Assembly: GCF_018977255.1 (NCBI RefSeq)
Contig: NW_024704742.1
Span: 52,144,001 to 52,208,000, forward strand
DNA length: 64,000 nt
Origin: Callorhinchus milii
Lineage: Eukaryota
Direction: 5' to 3'
In this document: positions 39,838 to 51,669 of the stretch, in pieces
Layout of the letters: every line of letters starts with the position of its first letter
Numbering within the stretch: position 1 is the first letter of the stretch
Translations under genes and position numbers: made by a program
The notes under the pieces: generated by a model
What the model was told of the DNA's origin: nothing
The model's database searches: none
What the model saw: the letters and a program-made list of their open reading frames with translations, nothing else

Positions 39838-40307
39838 GGGTAGTGTATTTAATTAGAGGAGAAGGCACCAGCATTGTTGAGCTCAATGGGCAGAATGGAC
39901 TTCTGCTTTGCTGTAACTTCTATGATTCTTATATGACTATGACTGGAACAGCACCACACTTTTCTAGCATTTAAGGCAGACCTCTGTGTTGTTGCCAAAA
40001 TCACAGCAGCTGCTGCATTCTGAATCAGTCAAAACAAGGCAGAACTGAAAGCCAGCAGCAAAACTGCATACTTTTTCTTCTGCCTGTGGAAGTCTCTCCC
40101 AGTTTGTTCTTGGAATTCTTTCCTTGTGATACAGAAAATAACCCTCACTTGCCTTGGTTAATTATGCCATGAGAGATCTCTCATATACCCACTGGGGCCT
40201 TTGGGCGATTTCTTCAAATCCCTAATTATGATGGATTAGTGGGTGAAGGCACTACCTAGTGTTGAGGTAAGCCTTACAGATCAGAAGGTTGCAGATTTGG
40301 TCCTCAG

Positions 40308-41235
40308 TTCGACCCTTAATTGTCCTTTCTCTCCCATATCTGTGCCATGACCTGCTCTGCCTTCCCCCATCTCTGCAACATTTCCCGACTCCACCAATGC
40401 CTCACCCTTCAGGCTGCTGAAACCCTCAAGCATGCATTCATCACCTCAAGACTCGACTACAAAAACTCTCTCCTTGTCGGCCTCCCTAACTTTTCCCTCC
40501 ACAAGCTGCAGATCATCCAGAAATCTACAGCTTACGTCCTTTCCCGCACTAGGCTCTGTGACCCCATCACCCCCACCCTTGCACAGCTCCACCGGCTCCC
40601 CATCCCTCAGAGGATAGAATTCAATATCCTCATCCTCACTTTAAAGGGCCTCCATGGCCTTGCCCCCTCCTACATCTCTGACCTGCTAACTCCTATCAAC
40701 CTCTACTCAGCAGGCTCTGGCCTGCTCCAGGTCTCCCGGTTGACCCGCCCTACCATCGGTGGCCGCGCTTTCAGCCTCTCTGCCTCCACTCTTTGGATTC
40801 AGCCTCTCTGCTCCCACTCTTTGGAACTCCATCCCACAATCCCTTCACCTTGCTCCCGCTCTAGCCTCCTTCATTGCATGACTCAAGACCCTCTTTTTTG
40901 ACCATGTCTTCAGTTGCCCTCTTCCCTCCCTCATCCCAACCCTGCACTCCATGCTAATTATTACTACTAATAATAATATTAATCCTTGCATTTGATATAG
41001 GGCTTTTCACATCTTCTAGATATCTCAAAGCGCTTCACAGAATATACTGTAAAGTGAATTGACTGTATATTTGTTGGCAAAATGCGGCAGCCAATTGCAA
41101 ACAGCAGTGTCCCACAAACAGTCAAGGATTGAAAATGACCAATTTATTATCCAATTTATTATCCTGATCCCTGACTGTTCAGCACCTTGGGACATCCTCT
41201 CGATGTGAAAGGTGCTTTAGAAATATAATTTAAAA
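40308..41235 (+). mobile_element. L2 LINE 3' fragment interrupted by a minus-strand SINE 3' half (~40955-41160)
   Basis: AFITSRLDYKNSLL..LPIPQRIEF. The L2 tail resumes at ~41165. Confidence 0.85.
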
Positions 41236-41599
41236 TGAAAATAAATTAAAATGTCTGCATTTTTTTAAGACTTTAGGTTAAAGTCAATTGACCTTTTCAT
41301 CAAACAATATGTGTGCATCCCCAGATAGCTATTTTAGTATTGTGTCCTCTTGCTGCAGTATCAATTTATTGGTTATTGCTCATTTATCAAATAATAAGCC
41401 TTTTCTTAGCCATATTTCTATCACATAGTTTCTGGTATTGGAGTCAATTGCTTTGTGGTAGAACTTTTTTCATGTTGGATTTAAAACTTTATGTAAAACT
41501 AGCTGTACCCATTTCAACTATGCTTGTAACCAAAGTATCCAACAAGGAATGTAGATTGACACCCAGCAGACATGTGGATAGATATTTTATCTTTATCTA

Positions 41600-42075
41600 T
41601 ACTCATCTGGGAGTAGTCCTGTGGGAGGACTCCTTTTGAGAGGACTCAGTGGGAGGACTCTGCGCTTTAAAAATTACATGTTGTTGTTGTTGCCATGGCT
41701 TAGCTTTGTCTGTGTTCTTTATTTTGTTCCCGCTGCTTGGCTACATGCATGCTCTGTGACACAGGATGCCACAGCGCCATGGTTAGCCAATATGGCCACC
41801 AGGTGTAGCTGCAGTGTATGCATACATACGAAGGTGCTCTGTGACGCATGATACCACTTTGACTCGGCGGCCACCAGGTGTAATTCCAGTGAAAACCCAA
41901 ACTGAAAATAACTCATGAAAGATAGGAGATACGCAAAAGAAATATGCCCATGTCACTCCCAGTTGTAAGACCTTTCCGATGAGGTATAAATCGTGTCTCT
42001 ACATCAATCGGTTATTGAGATCCTTCTTGAAGCGTAGACAGACATTCTCGTTTTATTAGTATATATACATACATA
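41600..42075. mobile_element. Unclassified non-autonomous DNA-element-like insertion with internal direct repeats
   Basis: GGAGGACTC-like motif x3, a duplicated TGCTCTGTGAC...GGCCACCAGGTGTA unit, and an end ACAGACATTCTCGTTTTATTAGTATATA reminiscent of Helentron-type non-autonomous elements. Confidence 0.35.
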
Positions 42076-45000
42076 TGAAGATGCAAATATCTACTCATGC
42101 CACATGACCATACCCATTATCCCAATATCTTAACCTTGACTTTATGCCTCTCAGAAATTTCTACTGAAGTTGAAGTGCAGGAAGCCAAAATATCTCCATT
42201 CGAGTCATTGGGCTGGACTAACAGATACTCATGCAAAGAAGTAGGGAAAGAATAATTTACATTTCAAGGCTTCATTTTTACCCTGGTCATTCTTCCACTC
42301 TAATTTTAAAGAATAAATGAACAGGACTGGACAGATAATTCATTTGTTTTACCAAAAATAGCTCCCTGACGTTAACAGCACAATGTTCCCTGAATGTACT
42401 GAGTGCTTTAGGACATCCTCCCAACATGAAACAAACTATATAAGTGTAAATTGTTTTGTAAATTGTACTCTATTGAACCAACTTGATCTTCCCGTAATTG
42501 TGACACCTGCAGCACATTTTATTTACCAGTACGAGTGAATGAACAGATACTGATTTTCATAGTAAGCAACCTATAAGTTTGATTGGTGTTTTTAAATGTA
42601 GCATATGCACTGCCCTCTAGAGAGGTTTTATGCTGATGTGGCCATGTTTAAATGTCAGCAGTGGCAACCGGTTCAGACCCTGGGGGAAATTTGTCATTTG
42701 ACAGCAACTGAAATAAAAATAGAAATAGCTGGAAATGCACAGGAGATCAGTCAGCCATTGAAAAAGATAGATGGGCTAGCCTTTCAGGCAAGACCCTCAA
42801 TATTCTAGTGAAGGGCCTTGCCTGAAACATTAACTCATCATTTGTTGTCATTTGTTGATCAATTTAATGTGCATTGTCAATATTTTTATTTTCATATATC
42901 CAACATTTATAGTTATTTTTTATATCTGCTTCTCATAGGAGCTTTTGTTAAGCATCTTGAGATGTCCTCCCAACATGAAAAGTGCAACATAAATGTAAAT
43001 TTGTATTGTATTGTTAATCATGCAAGCCAAAACACTCAAAATTGGTCCTAGCTGCCTAGTTGGACAAGCACCGGGAAGCTTGCCAGTCAATGCTTATTCA
43101 CTCTATCATCTCTACATTCCAGCATCAAGGTGTTCTGAAATGAGTCCAGCAACGCAGCCTAAACTAGCCTTCCAGTTGATTACCTCTCTTTGTACCAATC
43201 AAGGTGGATACCAAGCCCTGAAGTAATGCCTTCCAGCGATTCTTGGCCTAAGCCTCAGTTTCCACATCAGCTATTCCACGGACATCTGGTTCCAGCATGG
43301 CAGGAGAATCTTTACAGGACATCTTGTGATGAACTAGAGATCTAGAGATCCAAGTCGAGTACAATGTACTAGACTTACTCAACCCCAATTGTTTAATCCA
43401 AGTCCTCATGTTAAGGGCTTTGGCAAACAGACATACCTGCCATGAAGCTGATCCAACTTCCTGGGTGTCCACCATGTCAGTGTATGCTGGAACCTGCCCT
43501 CCCTGCAGCAACATCCCCCCTTTTCTACCAGTCCACCTCGCTGCTTAGTCCTGGACGTCACAAATGTAAATCATTCCAAGTTAGATATCTCAGCTTGCCA
43601 GTACACTAGCTTTGTAGCAATGTACACTAGTCTCATAGTCTGGACGCTAGCCAGTAGCAATGTTAGAATTAGTACTTATCGAAGGTCATCCCTTGTATAA
43701 AATAGCATTGTTATTGTCCATTCTAGTGTACAATCAGTTACTCAGATTACTTAAGATAAATAAAGATAAATAAGATAAATAAAATTAATGGTGCAGATAA
43801 TTAGCTTGAAAATCCAATTTGATATTGTACAGATCTGATAGAGAACTGTCTTTAGTAACTTTAATAAAAATGATTTGTTGTAAGATAAATAAATGATTTG
43901 CATTGTGTTATGTTGTAGATCCACTTAAATTAGAAGCAAATGTTCAATATACTGGGCTGTATTTGTGAAATTCCGTGTTTACGGTACTTGATGGGAGATT
44001 TTATAGCTTCAAGTGGTAACAATGAAACAATTGTGCAGGGGCAAATGTGTAGTTGTTTGAAAGGTGTATTTGGGACTTTCAGTTCTGGCTGCTCAATCTA
44101 TCTTGATCACTGGTTGGATATGCAGCCTATCTGCAGGAGAAAATAATTGCTGTTTGTCACTGGAGGTAATGAGAAGAAACATTTATATTATGGTCTCTCG
44201 AGGTTCTGAGATAATCATCACTTGGGTGGGTTTACATGTCTCATGACACAGCAACAGTTCTTCATTCACCTTGCAAGATATCCATCCGAGTTGGGGCTAT
44301 CGTCAGTGGCAGTGCTGTAACATAAATATAGATTTGATTAATTGTAGCATTGGCACAGATACTGCCTCTAACATGTTGTCAAGTTGGGTGGTTGCAGCTG
44401 CCATCATATGCTAAGCATCCACCTGTACCACATATGTTCATTACACTAAACATCTGGAGACTGTCAATTCTTTAGGATGTTTACAATTACACAGCAAGAT
44501 GCTGTTTGCAATGCTGTGAAACTCACATGATGCACTTTTGCTTCTCAACATCTGAAGCATCCTCTGTGTCTTTACTCTGGACAGAACTCCCACTCAAGTG
44601 CACAGCAGTTCAAATCCTGGACACACTGATTCATCCCACATCATTCTGACCAGGCTGAACCAGTGGGAAAGAAAACATCTGACATTTACCATAAAAACAT
44701 CAAACCTTTGTCTTTATCAGAAGCTCTGTTCTTCAAACAATTGCCTGGAGAATTAGTTGCCCTGGATGAAGGGTCCAATTGCTCTTCTGATTCTTTGTTA
44801 AAAACATGTTAATTTGGGGTCAGATTGAAGCACAGTTTTTCCTTTCTAAATACTTACCTTTAGCAATACAATTACCATCAAATTTGCTCTATAATCAACT
44901 AAGAGAAATATACTGACACCAACTTCAAGATATAAGTTGATATGTACTCTATCAGAAAATGTGATTACGCTTTTCTCACCTGTGTCTTTAATGTAGTACT

Positions 45001-45120
45001 TGTCTTACATTATGTGATTCAATTCATATAAATTCATTTATATCTATAATCTAGGCAAGTAGCACTTTCTGCTGGGAAGAAATTAGATCTAAATTTAGCT
45101 TATAATTTATATTTATAAAC

Positions 45121-45802
45121 ATCTGCGCCATGACCAGCTCTGCCTTCCCCCACCTCCGCAAGATCACCCGGCTCTACCACCGTCTCACACCACAGGCCTC
45201 CGAAACCCTCATACATGCTTTCATTACATCGAGGCTCGACTATGGAAACTCATTGCTTGTTGGCCTCCCCAGCTCATCCCTCCATAGGCTGCAGATCATC
45301 CAGAGCTCTGCAGCCCATGTCCTCTCCTGCACTAGGCTCCACGAACCTATCAATCCTACCCTCACCCAACTCCACTGGCTTCCCATAACACAGAGGATAC
45401 AATTCAAGATCCTGGTCCTCACCTTCAAAGCCCTCCATGACCTTGCTCTCCCCTATCTCTGCAACCTCCTATTGCCCTACCATCCTGCTCGTTCCCTCCG
45501 CTCAGGGGACTCCGGCCTGCTTCATGTCCCCCAGCCTCACTTGCCCCACTATTGGCGGGCGGGCCTTCTGCCACTCTGCCCCACCGTCTGGAACTCCATC
45601 CCGCAGTGCCTCTGCCTCACTCCCTCCCTTGCCACCTTCAAGACCCATCCTCTTCGACCATCCTTTCTATCTCCCTGCTTCCCCTCTGCCCTCCACCCTC
45701 CCCGACCCTGACCCCCAGCTCGGGTCTCTGTCTGTTCAGCACCTTGGGACATCCTCCTGACGTGAAAGGTGCTTTCCAAATTTAATTTTGTTGTTGTTGT
45801 CA
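45121..45802 (+). mobile_element. L2 LINE 3' fragment
   Basis: AFITSRLDYGNSLL...LHWLPITQRIQFKI and a (TTG)n tail. Confidence 0.9.
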
Positions 45803-47089
45803 TTGTTATATAGTACCTTTCATATCAGAATGGATTTTACACTGCTGGTTAGGTATCCAAGCTGTGGGTGGAAGCAAACTACAGTAAAAATACAGTATAG
45901 ATCAGAATAGAGGAGAGGACATAGGGCATTTTTAAAGTTTGTGTCTATAATTTCTTTGCCCTCTCAAGTTTTTTCCTCCTGACCTGAAGTATGGTTTTAT
46001 GGGTGCTCATCACCCTCTAGTATCTGGTCAATGTGGACAATTTTTACGTTCAAACCAAGATAATAAATATAACCTAATCCCGCTCTTATCAGAGATCACT
46101 TTGGAGCTAAGAATTTGTGGGTTGGCATGATATACATGGTATCTCATGTTGTCTTTTGCGATGAGATGTGCTTGCTGGCACTGAGTAATGATGCTCTTAA
46201 GTGCCACTAAAGCTACCACTTTCCCAAGGAGCACTTTTATCATTTCTTATTTGAGTTGCACACAGACACATTTCAATAGAGGTGCTTCAATAGGAAATTG
46301 AAAAGGAGAATGTTGCCTGTTTTTTCTTCACCCAAGCCCAGGGTTGCTGAAGCCAAACACAATTATCACACTCTATTGGTAGTCAGGTGGAGGTTTGCTA
46401 ATTCAGTAAAGACAAAGGATTGAATTCAGGAGCTTCTAGTTCTCTGGTTTAATTACACTGGGTAGTAAGTGTATCAATTTAGCAATCAGAAAATTATGCC
46501 TAAATTTCCAAGTATTGAACAATTTATTCCTTTTCTAAAAAAACTTTGTTTGAACAGGATTCTGACTTAGTATTAACAAAACCAATCCAAACACTGGGAA
46601 ATATATTCAGATTTATCTATCTAGGAGGCAACATAATTCAGAGAGCCATCCGGCTGACATAAGAAAGCTTAGCTTTACACAGTATACAATAGACACAAGA
46701 GCTGATTGAGGAAACAAGATATTCCTACAACAGATTAACAATTGGTTTCTTCAACCAGTTTTCTTATTAATTCACCCAATGTAAAGTAATGCTGGTTTAT
46801 ATCCATCAGAACATAGAGTCAACTGACAGAAATAAAACTATGACATAATATTTGTAATAACAAATTTACCTAAATGGAACATTTTTTCAGGGACCTACTA
46901 TTTTAACAAGTACTTCTGAAATAAGAACTAAAAGTTAAGGAGTCATGCAGTTCTAACAGCAGTGTGAGAAAAGCCAATGTTCAGTCATCCAAATGTGGGT
47001 TCAGAGGTGAAGGTTAATTTCTGGCTGTGTCACACTCCCAACATAATAATGCGAGTAGCTTACAGGGTCATAATTAAAAGAGCTTGTCA

Positions 47090-47230
47090 GGACGTGGGTG
47101 GCATAGTGGAGCTTTTCACCTCTGAGAATGAGGTCTGAATCCAGCCCAGATTAGTGAGATGGAAGACTCCATTTGCTGTGGCTGTAAGGGTTCTAAATTA
47201 AATGAATTTTGGCAGCCTTCAGCCAATTCA
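47090..47230 (+). mobile_element. LF-SINE-like 5' relic
   Basis: GGAGCTTTTCACCTCTGAG..GTCTGAATCCAGCCCAGATTAGT resembles the recalled LF-SINE head GGAGCCTTTCACCTCTAGG..GTTCAAATCCAGCCCAGGTCAGT. Confidence 0.6.
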
Positions 47231-47799
47231 CAGTCTGCAAAACTGTTCCCAGTTGAACACTTAAATATCATTACATTTTCAATCCCACTCAAAGACACAC
47301 AAGTGCAAAAATGTACTTTTGGTGCAATAGGGGATGTTCTTCTGAAGTTGGAGGCTTGTCGGTAGCTTTACTTTACTGATCTATAACTGATATAGAAATA
47401 CCCAATAGTAACATTGTGTGCCAAAAAAGAGGAAAAAATCTTCATTTCCACAGCACTAACATAAGATACTAATATGTGCAAACATTTACCCACTCTCCAA
47501 AAATGTTTATACAAAGCTTGTTAAACCAAAATATAAAGAAACCTTGTCTTAAAATATTTGGTTTACACACCCACACCTAGCACCTTTGGACATCCTCCTG
47601 ACATGAAAAGTGCTATATAATTGGGATTTGTTGTTGTTTAAAATACCTCACTAATTCTATCAGTAAATAGTGGCAAGAGGGAACAAAGCTCATATTCTAG
47701 TTTCAGTTATCAATCAAATTCAATTACTCTTGTTGGGTGAGTTTCGCAAGTCTTAATGGAGCTGCCAAATGAGAGTCCCATATTGAGGAAGTTAAAACA

Positions 47800-48120
47800 A
47801 TTACTTGCATTTATTTGATGCCTTCCATATTGAGTAGTGTTTTGTACAGTAATGGTACTGGACACCAAGCATGGAGAGTAAGGAAGGAGATAGGAGGGAG
47901 GTGATCATAGGCATGGTTGAAGAGATAAGTTTTAGGTGGGTTTTGAAGACAGACAGTGGGTGAGACAGAGCAGGAGAGTGAGACTGGAGAGAATTAGAGA
48001 GGTGTAAGGCTGTGAAGGAATTTGAAAGTGAGAGTGAACATCCTGAAGTCAATCCACTGGGAGACAGGGAGACAGACAGTGGAGCCGGAAAAGGAAAGGC
48101 ATGCAGTTTCATTCAGCTAA
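47800..48120 (-). mobile_element. Degenerate L2 3' fragment
   Basis: Reverse-complement tail TTACTTGCATTTAT and an FKTHLK-like remnant. Confidence 0.55.
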
Positions 48121-48537
48121 AGATATAGACTGCATGCTCCTTATCACTCTCACTCTGTGCTCAGTGCAAACAAAGTGGAGCTCTATACATGCATATCCAT
48201 GTGCAGACCTCTGCTAACTGGTGCCAAAGACTGGATAATTTTTTATTGCCTCATTAAAGAGCTGCCAGTGGACCACCCAGAACCTTTTTTTTGAGTTTAA
48301 AAGTTCACCTTGTGTCTATTGCAATCTGACATCAGTTAAACCAAAGAGGGTGTAAAATAAAGTTGCAATTGTTTCCCTGAGGTGGTCTCAGACAATTTGC
48401 CTGAATACAGATACTAGGCTGAAACTCCAGTTATAATACTGAGTTTTGCATGAATTCTTTACAAAAATCTAATTGGCAATGCAACTTCTCGAAAAAGGGT
48501 GTGCTGACCAAGTCCCACCCTGTCAAATATAATCTTC

Positions 48538-48812
48538 AGTTCCTTACTCCACACGCCTGTTTACCTAGTAGTAAGTAGGAACTCGGTCATTAATCGATTG
48601 GTGGATCGCTTTTCCGGGGGTAATAATTCCTTCAAAAAATGATAGTTGGTCACTCAATCCATGACTATTTGTGGGGCACTGCTGTGCACAATTGGCTGCC
48701 GTGTTTCACCCACAGTCAATTCACTTTACAGTATATTCTGTGAAACACTTTGAGAAGTCTCAAAGATGTGATAAGGCTAAATCAAATGGAAGGGTTATTA
48801 TTATTATTATAT
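48538..48812 (+). mobile_element. 5'-truncated long-form SINE
   Basis: Body and (TTA)n tail, immediately followed by an L2 copy. Confidence 0.8.
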
Positions 48813-48824
48813 TATATCACTATT

Positions 48825-49762
48825 ACTTTCTTCAGCTCAACGTGCGAAAAACCGAGGCCCTCCTGATTGGCTCACGTCAGCGCCTCCGCACCTCAGGCGC
48901 TGACACCATCAGCATCCAAGGCTGCACTCTCCACCTCTCAAAGCCAGTCAGGAACCTCGGCGTTTTGTTCGACCCTGAGCTGTCCTTTCTCCCTCACATC
49001 CGCACCACAACTGGCACCGCCTTCCATCACCTCCGGAACATCGCCAGACTACGGCATTACCTCACCCCTCACGCTGCTGAAACTCTGGTTCACGCCTTTG
49101 TCACCTCAAGGCTGGACTACGGGAACTCTCTCCTCGCCGGCCTTCCCGCCACCTCCCTCCACAAGCTGCAGGTCATTCAGAACTCTGCAGCTCGTGTACT
49201 GTCCCGCACCAGGCTTCGGGACCACATCACTCCCACCCTCGCTCGCCTCCACTGGCTCCCCATCCCCCAGAGGATTGATTTCAAGATCCTCATCCTCACC
49301 TACAAGGCCATTCACGGCCTCGCTCCCTCCTACCTCTCCAACCTACTATCCCCCTACTCACCTGCCCGTACCCTCCGTTCCTCTGGCTCCGGTCTGCTCC
49401 ACATCCCCCACCCCAACTGCCCTACCATCGGTGGTCGGGCCTTCAACCTCTCAGCCCCGAGGCTCTGGAACTCCATCCCCCAGTGCCTTCGCCGCCTCCT
49501 CCCTTTCCTCCTTCAAGGCCGGTCTCAAAACCTTTCTCTTTGACCGTGCCTTCAGCTCCCCTCTCGACTCTCTTCCCCCTCCTCGCTCCCTCCCTTCCCT
49601 CCCCTCACCCTGACCATTTCCCCCCTCCTCTCTCCCTCCCTTCCCTCCCCTCACCCTGACCATTTCCCCCCTGCTCGGGTCATGACCCAACTGTGCAGCG
49701 CCTTGGGACGTCCTCCTGACGTGAAAGGCGCTTTATAAATGGAATCTTGTTGTTGTTGTTGT
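48825..49762 (+). mobile_element. 5'-truncated L2-clade LINE (ORF2 C-terminus plus 3' UTR), the best-preserved copy
   Basis: Peptide FLQLNVRKTE..VRNLGVLFDPELSF..AFVTSRLDYGNSLL..LHWLPIPQRIDFKI is typical of L2 ORF2. C-rich 3' UTR with an internal tandem duplication and a (TTG)n tail. Confidence 0.92.
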
Positions 49763-49794
49763 ATATATCCGCCTCTACAGCAGGACAACAGCTG

Positions 49795-50780
49795 TTTTGA
49801 CCAATTGGCTTTCAGGCATCAAGTCATGGATTAGTGTTAGCTTTTTACAGCTCAATGTTAACAAGCCTGAGGCTCTCCGACATGGCTATGATCAGTGCCT
49901 TCTCACCTCATGCACTGACTCCATTGATCTGCATGTGGTCGGTGTGGAACCTCGATGTCTTCTTTATCCAGCCCAAATATGCTTTAAACCTTACATATAG
50001 CCTCTCACTAGCCCTACTTTCGCCACCTCTGCAACATTACCTGTTTGCCATCCGTCTCCTCACCCCAAGCTACTGAGACCCTCACCCGTGCCTGCATTTT
50101 CCGGCTCAATTACTTGAATTCCTTGCTTAATGACTTCCCCAGGTCCTCCCTACACATGCTTCTTATCATCCAGATTGCTGCAGTCCATGTCCTCTTCAGC
50201 TCATGTTCCATGAGCCCATCATCCCCATCCTTGCTTGGCTCCACTGGCTTCCCATTCCCCAATGGCTTCTTCCAATATTTCCATTTCCAAATTCATGTGC
50301 CTCCATGACCTTGTCCCATCCTCCCTCTATGACCTTCTGTGACCCTACTCCCCCTGCTGCTCCCTCTGCTCAGCAAACATCAGCGTGCTTCCCTCATGCA
50401 GAGTAGTGTTCCAGAGCACTTGACAGTGGCAGAACATGATGCCGAGCCAGGGGTTGGGAGAGGATACCGTAAGCACGATCGAATTGGAATGCCTTCAGGT
50501 GTGACCTGAAGATGGGGGAGGAAGGGACAAGGCGGAGGGATAAAGGAAGTGTTCCAGAGTTTTGGGGGGAGTAATGGCTCAAAGGGCAGCCATCAGTGGT
50601 GGAATGGAGGGCACGAGGGACATGCTAAAGGCCGGAGCCAGTCGAGCGGAAGCAGCGGGTTGTGGGGTGGGGTAAACAGGTTAAGGTATTGGTAGGTGCC
50701 AGGGTATGAAAGGATTTGAAAACGAGTGTGAGGATCTTGAAATTGATCCATTTGGCGATAGGAAGCCAGTGGAGTCAGGA
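49795..50780. mobile_element. Two degenerate L2 fragments tail-to-tail (+ ~49795-50395; - ~50400-50780)
   Basis: WISVSFLQLNVNKPE and LHWLPIPQ remnants on plus, and a purine-rich reverse-complement L2 3' end. Confidence 0.7.
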
Positions 50781-51305
50781 GGGACAAATCCTCCAAATAA
50801 AATTGGTCACTCTCTCCATGGCTGTTTGTGGGACACTGCTGTTTGTGTGCAACTGGTTGCTATATTTTGCCCCCACAAAATAACCAGTCAAATCACTTTA
50901 CAGTTTATCCTGTGAAGCACTTTGAGATGTCTCAATGATGTGATAAGGTGTTAGATCAAATGCAAGAATAAAAATAATCCTTGCATTTAATATATTGTCT
51001 TATATCAATAAAATGTCTCAAAGTGATTTAGAAGATGTACTGTAAAGTCAGCTTTCCAAGACACTACCTTGCATTAAGGCTGCTGTATAGATGCAAGTTG
51101 TGGTTGTAAAGTGTCCTAACTGTATTTGTAGGCAAACCAGGCAGTCAATTTGTGCACAGCAATGCCCCACAATCAGCCTGAAGTGAATGAAAAATGTTAT
51201 CTGGAGAATTGTTGGCCAGGACATTTGGGTGAAACCCCCTTCCCTTTTTGAATAATTCTTCGGATCTTTAATGTTCACTTGACAAGACCTTGGTTTAACA
51301 TTTTA

Positions 51306-51669
51306 TAATGATAATAATCCTTGCATTTGATAAAGCGCTTTTCACGTCTTCTAGATGTCTCAAAAGTGCTTCATAGAGTATAGTGTAAAGTGAATTGACT
51401 GTATACGTGTAGGCAAAATGCAGCAGCTAATTGCATGCAGCAGTGTCCCCAAATAGCTGTGAATTGAGTGACCAAATTATTATTTTTTTTGAAGGATTAT
51501 TATCCCTTGAAAAGCGATCCGCCAATCAACTAACAACTGGGATCCTACTTATTGCTAGGTAAACAGAGGCGTGTGGAGTAAGCAAACTTGCCGAACATTT
51601 CACCCTGCCAGAACCCAGATCTCTCGTTTGATAGGAGAGTGCTCCAACCACTGAGCAACAGGACTCCAC
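51306..51669 (-). mobile_element. Full-length tRNA-derived SINE, long form with an extra ~62-bp internal segment
   Basis: Same head and tail as 32258-32598. The extra segment is also present at 48559-48620. Confidence 0.85.

Noticed and set aside
43200..43520. Possible RTE-like LINE C-terminus on the minus strand (AKNRWKALLQGLVST)
   Set aside because: Too short and degenerate to support without a profile search.
48671..49543. 290-aa ORF as a host gene or active LINE
   Set aside because: It is a read-through from a SINE into a 5'-truncated L2 ORF2 end, with no endonuclease or RT catalytic core. The ORFs at 40320 and 45130 are likewise L2 remnants.
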